The position numbers were made by a program, and so were the translations under genes. From Eledone cirrhosa (lineage: Eukaryota), in contig OZ024740.1 of assembly GCA_964016885.1 (NCBI GenBank), forward strand, positions 320,664,001 through 320,728,000: a stretch of DNA of 64,000 nucleotides, written 5' to 3'. The notes beneath the pieces were generated by a model. It did not search any database. It was not told the DNA's origin and saw only the letters and a program-made list of their open reading frames with translations. Shown piece by piece: positions 22,002-37,241 of this stretch (positions are counted from its first letter, which is position 1; every line of letters begins with the position of its first letter).

Positions 22002-25000
22002 ATGTCTAGTCGTGCTCTTCGTCGGCTTCAAAAGGACAATATCCCAGTTCTTATCCATGACAATGAAGACGAGAACATTTACAATAACGGTGAGAATGAA
22101 CCAAACAACGAGGATTACCTTCTGAAACCATGCGTACGCAATAAAAAGAAGAAAAAGAAAGAATTCATTGGAAATCGTTTCGATTTGGTAAAATATTCAA
22201 TATGCTTAGCTTACGTATACTGGCTTTTTTTATAGAAAACATAATACTGTAAATTTTTCTTCTGGAGAATAAGTTACGCCGTTACTATATCACAAATTTA
22301 TTTTCTCCATACACTGTCTCTTGCATTTAATGTATATTGTTAAACAAAAAAATCTGTAAAGTCTATATAGCCGTTAAGAAATGTATCATCCTTATATAGG
22401 TTGACTATAAAACAATTAAATAATTATTTTTCAGTTTTTATACAACTCGTTTTGCTGATATTTGGAAAAAGACCTCAACAAAACTTGTTTGTTTAAAATC
22501 ACATCAACACTTATTCAGAATTCAAATACGCAATAATTATCCATTCCGACCCACGTCAACCAGTTTCGTTGATTAACTTTTTTTTTTAATCGTCCATTTA
22601 GACATACCTGAAACATTAAAAAAAATTGCCAGACATTTTATTTAAATCTATTTAAAGTTATATTTTTTTTATCTTGCAAAATACAGCAAATTTATTAAGT
22701 TTTGTTGTTAAATAAAAGGCGTGCTTACAACCACATTTCCTTTTCACAATTAATGTAGTCTATGTATTCTTTCGTGTGCATTAAGTGAACTCATATGGTG
22801 CAATATGCTGATGCTAATCATTGTGATATAATAGCTAATTAGTTCTCATACGAAATCTTGTTTGTTTTCCCACACATACTGTTTCTTGCGTTTAGAGTTA
22901 TGTATTGATAAATAAAACTAGAGTGTATCTATATAGCTGTAAAGAAATGTATGATCCTTATATGGGCTTACTATTAAAAGTTGAACTTTTCATGGATTTT
23001 ATGAAGATTTTCTTTTTTTTTACCGAGAAAGTTACTTTTTTTTTAGCTGGTAGATTAACTAAATATATTACAATTATAAAATAATAATAGAGAATTGGAC
23101 GGAATATGCGAAAGAAAGGAATAAAAATAGAATGAATTTTCCTGGACTTTCTAATGTTTAGATATTAAAGTGGCGGATATATCAACCTAACACGGCGTGG
23201 CATCGGGAAAACCCCAATGATCAGTTTTTGAAGGATATGATTTTTTTGTAATATTTATCAACGTTTATCAGAAAATGCTACCACAAACCTATACCTTTTT
23301 TGTGTATGTGGTGGTGTTGGTTGGGTGGGTGGAAGGTGATGCAAAGTTTTTATAAACCACAACTAAAGAGGAAGACTACGTTAAACTGTAAGATCTCTCC
23401 TAAAAATGTAAAACGAGTGATATATGGCTGTTAACTTTCCGTATAGACAAATGTCAAATATGAAGACATCAATAAGGCAAAGAAATATGAACTGTGTCAA
23501 ATATAATTCAGAAAGTGAATGAAAAAATAAAATGATTTAGGGGTTATAATAGATAAAAAAAGAATTGGTGGGTGAGGCTGAATGTGGACTTATGGATCGC
23601 ATTTGATTGAATTCGTGGATAGCATTGGTTTGGTGTTGTTTTGTCTGCGTTCAAATTAAGGCAGTTTACATTTATATCATTATCATCATCATCGTTTAAC
23701 GTCCACCTTCCACGCTAGCATGAGTAGGACGGACTGTCCCTTTGAGAGAGATCAAGTCGGAGAACTGTGTTTCGCTCACACAGGGCTGATTTTGGCTTGG
23801 TTTCTACAGCTTGGTTTCTACCTTCCTAATTTACAGTGTCTGCTGGGTACTTTTTGTCGTGACACCTACATGACCACTTTACACAGTTATGATAAGAGTG
23901 TGCATAAAGTGATCTTCACTAAAGGATTTATCACCTCACCCATTTATCATAATCTGACCCACCCATTTATCATAATCTAGCAGAAGAGTAAATTCTTCTT
24001 CAGGGTCTGTCTATGACAAAATAGATTGAATCTGATTCTCAGTTACTAATTCTTTTTTGTAGCTGGAAAATGGAAACAAAGAAGATGAATGTGAAGAAGA
24101 GGAAAAAGAAAAGGATGATCTCCAAGCAGAATTGACCGAACAATCAAATGATGTTATTAAGAAAGAAAGTAAAAATGTTTCGCAAAAAAAGAAAAAAAAG
24201 AAGAAATCTAAAGCTACACATGGATCCTGTAAAAATGAAACATCCATAGTACAAAATGTGAGAAAGCTTTGATTTCAAATCTATATATAAGTTTGAGCGA
24301 CTTTCCCCCGTCACACAATGTGTTTGTGTGAATGTATCATCATCATCATTTCATTTTACGTCCGCTTTTTCCCTGCTTGCAAGGGTGGGACGGGAACTGA
24401 TTTTGGCTTAATTTCTACAGCTGGATGCCCTTCCTAACACCAACCTCATTTACAGTGAGTGCTGGGTGCTTTTTTGTCGTGGCACCTCCACGACTACTTT
24501 TCAGTGGAATGATATGAACCCCAGTCCCTATCATCTCATTTCTACAGCTGAGTAAACTGGAGCAATGTGAAATAAAGTGTCTTGCTCAAGGAAACAACAC
24601 ATCACCCGGTCTGAGAATTGAACTAACAACCTTTCGATTGCAAGGCCAATGCTCTAACCACTAAGCCATGTGCCTCCATGTGTGTATAAAAGGAAGGAAG
24701 TTGATGGTGAAAAAACTATAATGAAACAGCAGCTGGCGTTCCATTTGTTATGCTGTATGTGTGTGTTTGTGTAAATGTATTTGTATTTGTGTGAATGTAT
24801 GTCTGTGAGTGTGTATTTTTGTAAGTGTGTCTGTGTTTGCGTGTTTAAAACTCATACATATAAATGTATGCATATGCACATATGCATCAACGTGTTGAAA
24901 AAAATCTTATTTCGTAAAATTTCTTAGCTGTTAATATAGTTGAGTTGCTTTTCTTTTTAGATCCTCTAAAATATATAGAAACAATATGATATGGCGTTCT

Positions 25001-28000
25001 TATTTACTGCTCTATTTCTTTTTCAGAATAATGATGACATTGATGCAGAAATAGAAGAAGCAAATGCTATTTTAGGAGAATTTCCTGTCCGTGAAAGAAA
25101 GCTGTCAGAAAAAGAAGTACAATCAAACAATGTGCGCTCAATCTTTAACGTTGAACACAGGTGATTTAACACTTTTGTTACTGTATTTTTAATGAAATAC
25201 ACTGCCTATGTTTATCAATTACCGTATATGCTTGAATATAAGCCAAGGAATATATGACCAAAAAAATTGGTGGTAAAATGGATGTGTCAGCTTAATTATA
25301 CCATCTAAACAATGTGATTAGCTGCCTTGGTTTATAAATGGGGTTTGGATTATTGCCTATTTCTCAGGCATAAAATAAAGGGGTTGGGGTTATATTTGAG
25401 TATATATATGGTTATTTGAAAATTTGAAGAATTTAATAAAATAACTTTTTCATTAGTAAGCTGATGTTTGAAACATTACTTAAAAATTTCTAAATAAAAT
25501 TATGATAGAAGATTTTAATATAAGTATGAACAATTTAAATTGGGCAGTTATGTATCATAAAACCAGTCTGGTATCAAAAAGGTTAATAAGCGTCTTCAAC
25601 CTTAACATTATCCCACTTTAATTCTGTGATAGAAAATATTTCATATGTATATTGAATGTCATTTAAAATACATTTTTTTTCTTTTTGAATAGGAATTTAA
25701 ACCCTGAGTATGAACTAAAAAAAATATTTGGTTCTCGTGTTATCAAAACTGAACTACCGTAAGTTTCTCCTCGTGAATTTTTGTCAGCATGTTGGGCTTA
25801 GATTATGAAAAATATGTGTCAGTTTATTAATGTATTCTTTATATAAGCAATGTTTACAGCATCTTTTTGTGACTCCAGAAAACATCATGTTCTTATTCAA
25901 TAACCAACTTAACAACTAGAAAAAGTTAGCTGAAAATCATAAGAACTAGAATCAAGCATACAAAGAAGGAGCCATTGCTACAGATTACATTCAGATCAAG
26001 AAGCTGAAGAAAAAGAACTAGAGGAAAAGAAAGAATGTAACAATGACTGCTGGGACAAGAACCATCCTTACAACAACAGTACTGAGTTTGTAACCAATGA
26101 TTCATCTGATACATTAAAAAGGCACAGTCACCAAAAATAGAACCATCAGGAAATCCCAGTGGAGGGAAGGCTAGAGTAGAAGTAGACCAAGGAAGACCTG
26201 AGCAGAGGTGATGAAAGCTGATCTCAAATTGCTGAGACTCACAGATAAGATAACGAAGGAACACAGTGAGTGGAGAGATGCTGTGCTGAAAAGGACCCGT
26301 CTAACCCATGCAAGTGTGGAAAAATGGATGTAAAAACAATGATGATGATTGACAAAAAAAAAGCTTGAAAACATCTTCATCAATGAGTAAATATTCAAAA
26401 TACTGTGTCATTTTGTTACTTTTTTTTTTTTTTTGCTATCAATTTAGCAAAGTATTATATGGAAAAAGTACAGCTTATTGATTTAATCTGTTTATATCAC
26501 ATGTATTTATTTATCAACATCAGAGGAATAAAAATTAAATTTATCCTCTGCTGAATTATAATTCAAAACAACGAAGTATAAAACTAAAAGCAGTGACACA
26601 TTTAGTTTGATACTGAGCTATATAGTTTGTTTATATAACATGTATTTATTTATCAACATCAGAGGAATGAAAACTAAATCTAACTTCAGCTGGTATGAAA
26701 CTAAAAGCATTAACATATTTAGTTTGATACTGAGCTATTATAATCACTTCTGCTCATAATATAAAATGGAAATAAAGTAGGAAAGTAAAATACTAGTGAT
26801 ATAAAATTGATAAGATTTATTCTAATTCGTTTAAAATAAATAGACAAGAAGCAATCTAGAATTTGAATAGAAATAGAAGCTTTGCTGTAATATTGACTGA
26901 TGAATATAGTATAATAATGGGGCGTATAAACCTACTAAATGGAAAAAGTGGATTGGGATTATTGGTAGAGTGTCGGACAACGTTTTGCGGCATATAGTTA
27001 CATCCCTTTACGTACTGAGTCCAAATCCCACCGAGGTTAGCTTTGCCTTTCATCCTTCTGAGGTTGATAAAATAAAGTACCAGTAATGCACTGGGGTCAA
27101 TATAATCGACTTCCCTTAAAATTGCTGGACTGAGATCATTGTTAGAGTATATTATGTAGTCAATATTACAGCGAAGCTTCTATTTTTATTTCAATTCCAA
27201 TCTATAAAATGTTTGTTTTTGAAAATTGTATAAAATAACTTAACTATAGATTATGCAGGATGAGATGAAATTATTACTATACACTGAATTACTCTTCTTG
27301 TACAGGTTAAGAAGAAATAGAAGGAGTCGACCAACAGCCTGGCTTAGCACACCTAAAGATAATTGGCCACCTTATTCAAAGACAGGTAGATTAATTCTGT
27401 ATTTTACTAATTATGAAACATAATTATTATGACCTCATGATTGCAGGTTTGTTGCTTGAAAAATGTGTTTCCTGTGGTTTTAATGATATATTTATAGAAA
27501 ATTAGTATATGCATCATCATCATCCAGTTTTTGATTTTGCAGGATAAAATTAATCCCTGAGTAGGGGTGAGCGCTGTTTAGTGTCCCGATCCATTTGATT
27601 CTGTCCGCTCGTTTAACTTGGGCCAGGCCAAGCCTAGCTTGATCTCTGAATTGGTCTATGATCCCTTAAACATCTTTTTTGACAGAAAAAATAGAATACT
27701 AACCATTCTAACATCTGTTTGAAAAAAGATGCTACATGAAAGTGTAACCATGATTATATTATTTAGAATAGATACACTGTTTCCCTGCATTTCTTAAGAA
27801 GCAGCTAAAAGGGTTAGCATCAGAGGGGTATCCAGCTGAAACCATTGCCTCGAAAAGACCTGTCCAACTCATAGACTAATTAAGTACTGAATTGGTCTAT
27901 GATGACCCTGCCAACCCTTGCTAGCAAGGAAAATGGACATTAATTGATGATCATCATACTATTTACATCAGTTTTTCTATGTTAGCAGGGGTTGGAGAAG

Positions 28001-31000
28001 ATTTTTTGAGGCAGTATTCTACATTCAGATGCCCACACTTACTTTATTATTTGAAAGTTCTTTCTGCAAGACATAAATAAACGTCCCCACCTACAATGGT
28101 CAGCCTGTAACTATAATAGCCACTTACTCAAGGGCAACACAGTTGGATCAAACCCCAAATCACATAATTGCAAAGCAAACTTCTTAACAACACAGTCTTG
28201 CTTGCATCCTACTGATATGCTATCAAGCTAAATTTAAAGGAGAAAAAAAAAAAGTAGGGAGAGAAATATAGGGTATTGGACGACAAAAACAATAGAGACT
28301 TTGAAAAAATACCTTCTGGTATTGATTACATTCATCATCATCATCATCATCATGTGTTCAAATTCTAGCTCAGTTTGAATTTACCTTCATCTTGTTGATG
28401 TCAGTAAAATAAATGCCAGTGAATTCCTGCAGTTGATGTAAATTTACATTAACTCCAACTTGAAGGAAGTGCCCCAACATGGGCACAGCCTAATAGCTGA
28501 AAGTAGTTTAAAATATATATAATTTCTAAATTTTCTTTTGCTAGTTTAATTGTTTTTCATTGATCTTTTTTTTTATTATGTTAACTTTTTTTATTGCGTT
28601 AACTTTATTTTAATGTTTGATATACAGGGTTGTCAATGTCTTTGGTAAAGACAGCTGATGATGGGAGCTGGCAGATGTTTACATTTGAACACAATCATCA
28701 ATATCAAGAAGTTCAGTTCAAATTCTATGATGCTGTTGAATCATTGAACACAAACAATATTGCTGTATGTATACCTTTTTGAGTTTATATTTGTTTCTTT
28801 GTTTAACTCTGGGTTAAGTCTGACTGTTTAGACCTATGATCAAAGGTCTGCAATGAATGAACAGAGCTATTATTATTGATTGAACAAAGTTATGATCAAA
28901 GGTCTACATTGATTGAACAGAGCTATGCCCAAAAATGTAACATACAAGTGAAACATGGTCCCTGACATGTCTAGAAGGCCAGTAACTCCAAATAAGATCT
29001 GATCTGGACCATAGCAATGTATACCAGTATGGAAATGTGGCCATAAAACGACGATGATAATGATAATAATAGCTTTATTATATACAAACTATATAATATG
29101 ACAGCTGCAGCTTGATAATGTCTGTCTTCCCTATTTGGCAGCTAACAGTCCTGTTCAGTTTGCCGAGTTTGGGAATGTAAGTGGTCCATATTCGGTTTGC
29201 TGATTTTGAGGGTGAGTCACTGGTTGGTTTAGCAGGAGTGATGAGTACAGGTTGGCATTTAGTTCAGGGTGTTTGCTAAGTGTTTTGTGGACTGATTGGA
29301 GCAATAATGGTCTTATTTATGTATATAAACATATATAGAGGTGCTTGGGTGGAAGCGTGTTGGTGTGTGTTGTGTGCAAGAAGTAAGATGGAAAAAGGAG
29401 ACTCAGCCAATCTTTTCATGAGCAAGGAATGATGATACAAATTGTTCTGGGAGAGTAACCAGTGCTAGGATAGTTGGCGTAGACATATTGTTGGCAGAGA
29501 AATAGATAAGGTTATTGAGGTAGTCAGAGAGTGTGATAGGATACTTAACCATAAGATAGTTTCTGACAACATGATATGATATGTTTAATCCTACATATGC
29601 ACCACAATCAAGACTAGCAAATAAACAGGTCTGCTTTTATGAAACCCTTTTGCGGACTACCTTAACACTGAAATACAGTGACCTCATCAGCATATCTGGT
29701 GATTTTAATGTGCATGTTGGAAAACACCTGGATGGATTCAAGGGTGTGTATGGCGGATATGGCATTAGCATAAGGAATGAGGAGAGATCTAGACTCCTGG
29801 CATTCTGTAATGCAAATGACTTGATAATTTGCAGCATGAACTTCATGAAACTGGCCAGCCACCTATCAGTCAGGTGAACCTATAAGTCAGAGAGACTTTA
29901 TTCTCACCAGAAAATGATATAGGCAGATGGTTGTAAATGCTATGCCATTCCCTGATGAATATACCTTATAACATTGACTGAGGATTAGTGACTTTAAAAT
30001 AAGACAATATGGAAGTTGAAAGAACCTCTATTAGCCCTCAATTCAGAGAAGTTCTAATTGATACATATGACAGAAAGGAAGAGGAAATAGAGATATAACA
30101 TAGAGAACAACTGGGGTGGGGGTTACAGAATGACCTGCTGAAGGTTACAGACTACATCTGTGGTTGGTGCAAGATTCTAGCCCAAGAGAAGCTGACATGG
30201 TGATGGAGTAGTACTGTAGATAGAGATATAAAAGCTAAGAGATAGTCATGGAAAGACTGGAAGATGGAAGATAGGGCAGATGCAGCATAGAATATCAGCT
30301 AGCTAAAATATAAGCTAGATGTCAGGTGTATCTTGCAAGAGGAGTGGGCAGAAGGAAATAGGTTTACATATGTTTAAATATTATTTTGTTTTCTTTATGC
30401 GCATTAAAATGCTTTTTTCTCCAAAATTATGTTTATTTAAACCAAGCATAGGCAACCTTTTTCGACTGGTGGGTCACAGAGGATGTGGATAATCACATGG
30501 CAGGATGCACTACTAAAGAATTCAAGGCAATTTTGAAATTAGGTGTGCCATTCAGAAAGCCAAACAGGCCGCAGTTTGCCCTTGATTTATTTAAACTATG
30601 AAATATTTATTTAAGATGTTTATATATTTTAAAATAACATTATGTTAACATATTTTTTGCAGTTATAAATAGATTCTTTTTAATTAGTGTGCTTTTTCTC
30701 AACAACATTTTTCTAAGTTTGATCATTTTTAAACATGGACAATTCAGTTTATCTTTGGATGGTAATGGTGGTGGGAAAACTTTTTATTTCACATCAGGAT
30801 GTGTGGGTATATAACTTCTAGATTCTTCTATCCAGATATGTTGTATAAATTGATTTAAGTTTATCCACCTTCATAATTCTGATTTTATTTCATGAATTCA
30901 TAAACAAAATTTTAAAAGTTTCATTTTGATTTCAGGATATTCTCCAACAGCATCCCTATCATATTGACAGTCTTATTCAGTTTAGTGAAATCTGTAAGAA

Positions 31001-34000
31001 TGGAGAGGACCTCAACAGAGCTAAAGAGTTAATAGGTATTTATTGATAAATTCTATTTTTTCTGTTCCATCAAATTCCAAATCATTTTTATCTTTTATAT
31101 TTCTTGTCTTCGCTCTTGAAAACGTTTAGAAATTTATTAAAAGTTTTCTAAAATAAATAAGCTTTATAGAGACATTAAAGCTCCAATGTCTGGCAACTGA
31201 CTTGGTAGACACCCACAAGATTATTAACCATCTTTCCAACAACAACCCGGGCTTCTTTTTGAATTCCATATGTCCAACACCTGTGGACATGCTTACAAAA
31301 TCTGAAAACAGTACAGCTTCCATGACTTTCGGAAACATTTTTTCATGCTCAGAGTTGCTACCTGCATCAGTTGTTAGCTGTCGGGACACTGCATCCTTCA
31401 AAATTTCCATGTTTCCTGAAATTCGCTAGCACCACACTTGATATTCCTCCTCCATACACATGCACGCATGTGTGTGTCTGAGTGTATATCATAACTCATA
31501 CACTGTTCACTTTCCTGACATTTGTACATTATTCTATGTACTATGCATACACCTTTGATGAGTTGTAGTGCACCTGAGCACTGTACACAATAATTTTCAT
31601 TATTATATAGGCCTATCTGTGTAATTAAACAGATCACTTCACAACCTCTTATAGTTCTAGTTTTAACACAGCTGCATAGCACCTAGAATAAGTGTTTTCT
31701 AGTCTTGCTCTGCTGTTTAAAAAAAAAGCAATCATTGAAACCTAAATATACAAAAAGATGGGATGGTCATGATTGGATTATGTCTACCTAAATATGGGTT
31801 AATATGGAACTAATTAAGAACAATCCCCATCATCATCACCATTTGACTTTCATTTTTCCACACTAGCATGAGTAAGAGGAGTTGCTGATTTGCTCATACA
31901 GAACTGTTTCTACGGTTGGATACCCTTCCTAACACCACTCACATTTACTGTTTAGACTGGGTGCTTTTTATTGTGGCACCAAAACAATCACTTTACAGTG
32001 TGGACTGGGTGTTACTTATTGTGGGGGTGATGTAAGGACATAGATGACGGGTTGGATGTTAAGACATAGGTGTATGGAAGTGGGGACTGGTTTCTTTCAA
32101 GCCATTCCTTGATGCTATAATGAAAGTATTGTCTTATCTATATTTAAATAAGTAGTTTTGACATCATAACTGTTTTCTTGTCCCACTTTTCCAGAAAGAA
32201 CTCTCTTTTCTTTTGAGATGTCATTTCACCCATTGTTCAGCCTGACCAGAGGAAACTGTTTGCTGGATTTTCGGCGCCAAGAAAACAGGGCATTTTATAC
32301 AGCTCTTTTCAAACACATTTATTACCTTGGCAGCAAAGGTTGCAACAGAACAGCACTTGAATACTGCAAACTTTTACTAAGGTAAAGATTCATTTTTATA
32401 ATCTTGGTACTGATTTACTAAGAAAGTAGATAGGTATCTTGCAAATATTTAATATTTCACTAGAAAAATAAACACTGTCTTTGAACATTTGTTACCATAT
32501 TCTCAATGAAAGACATTGCTTATTTTTTACAAATAATTTTGAAAATATTAATGTAAGTAACTTTCTCATCAATCTGGTGTTTGGAACATAACTTAACAAA
32601 GGTTCTTACATAAAATTACAATGGAAGGTTTTTAAATAAATATGAGTACTTTAAAATAAATAGTTGCATCATAGAAGCGGTGCAGCTTCAGGTGGTTTAG
32701 TATCAAAAGGGTTAATATTGGTAGTCAAATGACAGGGCTAAGAATTTCATAATATTGACACTAGTTCAGTAATTTGTAGTAGTAGTAGTAGTAGAGTACA
32801 GTTGACTGAATCAACTCTAGTACATGCTTGGGTTTTATTCTATCAATTTGGGGGTGAGGGAGTGGTGAAAGCAAAGTTGACCTTAATGTGATTTGAACTT
32901 AAAATATAGATGATTTCTGATTTAGGCACAAGGCCAACAATTTTGGGGGAGGGGAAAGCCAATTAAATCGACCCAGTGAGTTACTGGTACTTTATTTTAT
33001 CGACCCCGTAAGGATGAAAGGCAAAACTAACCTCGGTGGGATTTGAACTCAGAATTTAAAGGGTCGTAACTCTAAGCTACACACCATGTCCAGTGCCAGA
33101 TGATGAAAGTAAAACCTGTGTTATTAAATCTAGCACTTCACTATTTCAACTGCACCTCTATCATATTTGTACTAATGATAATTGTTTCTACTTTTGGCAC
33201 AAGGCCAGCAATTACCCCAGTGCGTTACTGGTGCTTTATTTTATCAACCACGTAAGGATGAAAGGCAAAGTTAACCTCGGTGGGATTTGAACTCGGAACG
33301 CAAAGGGCCATAACTCTATGCTGGAAGGCATGGTGTCTGACACTACCGATACTGCCAATCCACTGCCCAAAACTAATGATAATGCCATTAAAAAAGACAT
33401 GATTATCACACAATCTTATTCCCCTTCATAGGATATCTCTAGCCCTCTATGTGAGAAATCATTATTATATTTGATGAGAACATTGCATAAGATTGATACA
33501 GTAAAACTCTGAACTAGATGCTTTACTATAAAACAAAAATGACCATGGGATTTGTACACAGAACGTTCCTCTCTGAGGAGTAAGTCTGGGCAAGGTTGTT
33601 TGTGAAAGACCAGTACTCACCCATGCATACTAGTCTCTCCTCTCCATGCCACCAATGTTGTTCAAGGAAAATACAGCTTGGCATTAATGATGTTGCAACT
33701 CATTTCTACAAGTGAGTCAATTGCAGCAACATGAAATAAAGTATCTTGCTCAAGGACACAATGCATCACCCAGTCAGGGAATCAAACTCACAACCTCACA
33801 ATTGCAAGCCCACTGCTCTAACCACTAAGCCATGCACCTTCCCCACTTTCAGTATATTACAATTCTTAGTTGAAATCCATCAGGATTGATTTCTACCATT
33901 TGTCCTTCCAAAGTCAATAAAAAAATGCTCAACACTATACTAGATTTGGTTCTATTGACTAGAACCACTACTTAAACAAGTTTAACATTGTCTTTAATCA

Positions 34001-34224
34001 AAACAAACCAATATTATCTTCAATTTGGTTTAGTCCCTACTGCATGAGGTTAGCCCTGAACAAGCCAAGACGACAATTTTGTTTCAAGCCCCAGTTGAAA
34101 CCATTTTATTTCATTTGTGATCTGCCAGAGAAGCATGAATTGCACAACATCCCATTTCTTCTCTTCCAATGTACAAATTATTTCTGTTTTGCCACCCACA
34201 CTCACAGAAACTGACATGTTCACT

Positions 34225-34256
<32 letters not shown>

Positions 34257-37197
34257 TGTATCATCATCATCATCATCACCGTTTTACGTCCGTTCTTCCA
34301 CGCTAGCATGGGTTAGACGGGTTGTCCTGTTGTGGGTAGTGTCTGGTCGGCTGACCATGCCTTGCTCATACAGGAACTGATTTGGCTTGATTTCTACAGC
34401 TGGATGCCCTTCCTAACACCAACCTCATTTACAGTGAGTGCTGGGTGCTTTTTCGTGGCGCCTACACATCCACTTTACAGTGTGGGCTGGGTGCTTTTTT
34501 GCCGTGGCACCTCCACACACCACCTTGCGGTGGGGGGAGTGGGGGCATATTGTCTATATGCTTCAGCTTGTACCCATGGGAGGTCGGGTACTCTGTATTA
34601 CTGCGTGACGCCAGAAGTCACGGTCGTGTGTCATTGCCTTTGAGAGGTGTAATTGGGTAAGGTCGGCTTTTATCACCTCATCCCAGGTCATCTTGGGTCT
34701 CCCCCCTCCGCGGTTTCCATCGACTTCTAGTGCTCTGCACCTTTTTATGCAGCTGTCATCCTTCATACGCATCACATGTCCATACCAGCGCAACCGCCTC
34801 TCCTGCACACAGCATTTGATTCCTCTTATGCTCAGTCTCTCTCTCAATTCATTTATGCTTTGTCGTTCACGTATATTACTGTTACACATCCATCGGAGCA
34901 TGCAGGCTTCGTTTCTCTCTAATCTACGTAAGTCTTCCACCTTCAGCGCCCAGGTCTCACTACCATGCAACATTGCTGTTCGGATACACGCATCATACAG
35001 TCTGCCTTTCATTCTGAGGGAGAAGCCTTTTGCAGCTAGTAGTGGCAGTAGTTCCCTGAACCTCTTCCATCCCCTTCTTACCCTAGTTATTGTACTTTCT
35101 GAACACCCACCTCCGCTGCTAATTCGGTCACCTAGGTAGCAGAAGCTGTCTACTGTTTCTACAGAGCCCTCCCAGAGATTGGTGGTACTTGTTTCCTGTG
35201 GCTGTTTGCTGCTTGCTGTCTCATCACAGTATCTATACTAATAAAGCTGACGGCCGTATGTATGTAACAAACTTTTCGCCAAACAGCTGAACCAAACGGC
35301 ACCAAATTTGCACCATAGATGTAACTTTTTTCGAGTAAGAAAGTGAGGGTATTTTTGTCTACTAAAATTTGTTAAAAGATTAAAGATGTTATTTAAATAT
35401 TCACTTCTTTAAAATTTTCAAATGTCAACACTTCCGTTTATACGACATTCCTCTCTCTTTCTTAGCTTGTGTTTTTAGATAGATACATAGCTATAACGTT
35501 GCGCCCTTATATGTCTCTGTATGTCTGGCTGTCTGCATTATTACAGCATTCCTTTATACGTATATATACATACATAAACATGTTATTTACAGTTGTATAA
35601 AAAAGAAGTATAATTGTTTCTACTTTTGGCACAAGGCCAGCAATTATCCCAGTACATTACTGGTACTTTATTATATATAATATATATAATACAACATTCC
35701 TCTCTCTTTCTTACTCTTTTTAGATAGATACATAGCTATAACGTCGCGTGCTTATAATATCTGTCTGTATGTCTGCCTGTCTGCATTGACTTCGCTTCTA
35801 ACCAACTTTTAATTAATTATCTACTTATATATATAACCAGCAATTTCTCTGTCTGTCTGTCCGACAGTGGAAACACGTGCGTAGAGAGAGAGTGAAAGAA
35901 AGAGACAGACTACGAGAGGGGGATAGCGGGAGGGAGAGAGAGAGAGTGAATAGACGCTAAAACAGTGCTACAGAAACATTACCTTCCCCTCTCCACTGAC
36001 TTTGGTCACTGAGGCTGAGGGAATCGCTGGTTGCTATAGAGACACCTTGCACAAGCCAGAAGTAACCAGTTCGAGGCGGTTCTGACTTGACACCATGCGA
36101 AGAAGGTTGCCATTGAATTTGTGGTTGTTGCTGCTGATAATAAGGACCATTTGAAGAAGGTTGCTGCTGATGAGGTAATTTATTAATCAGATTGCGCAGT
36201 TCCATAACCTACGTTTGATTTGTTCAATTTTTTTCTTCAATTTTTTTTTGTTGTTTTTTTTTATTTCTTATTGAAAAAATATAAATAATAAAATAAGGTT
36301 AGAAATTTAAATACAATTAAATACGATTTAATTTCCATTTCCAGCAGCCAATGTCCAGTGTTCAATTTCATGAAAAAATTGGAAATAATTCAAAAAATTG
36401 AAGTTTAACTTTTGAACATTTGTTTTGACAATAAAAAAATATTTCCTTATTCACACCTAATGGTATGATTAAAATTTCATAGGAATATTTTTTTCTAACT
36501 GCCAGTTATTTAAATATTATTAAAAATAAATTTTTTTTTTTAAAGAATGGAAGATTTTGTGGATTTTTTTACCACCTTCCAAGCCTTAAACACTAATTCT
36601 CGTGAATTTGTGTTTTGTAATGACCCTCAGGACGCTGCTATTGTTGATTCCAATAGTGCCTGGTATTTGAATATGTTAGTATACAATTTTTTGAATAAAA
36701 TTAAGGCGCAATTAGAGCTGCCAAACAAAATGTTTTTCGGCTTCGGCCCATATTATATATATATATAATGGGGGATGATGATGATGATATACATAGTTAC
36801 ATATGTATATGTAATCTCCTTATAATATATAACCAGCAATTTCTCTGTCTGTCCGACAGTGGAAACACGTGCGCGCGTGCGAATGTTTTTTGCGCACACG
36901 TAGAGATAGAGTGAGAGTGAAAGAAAGAGACAGACTACGAGAGGGGGATAGCGGGAGGGAGAGAGGGGGGAATTGAGGAGTGCTACAGAAACATATATAC
37001 ATTTCTGTGTGTGTGTAATATATATATATATACATACACACACAGAAATATATATACATTTCTGTGTGTGTAATATATATATATATACACACAGAAATAT
37101 ATATACATTTCTGTGTGTGTAATATATATATACACTAGCAGAAAACCACCCGGTGGGTGGTTTTCTGCTAGTCTATATATATAAAACTGAGGATGTC

Positions 37198-37241
<44 letters not shown>

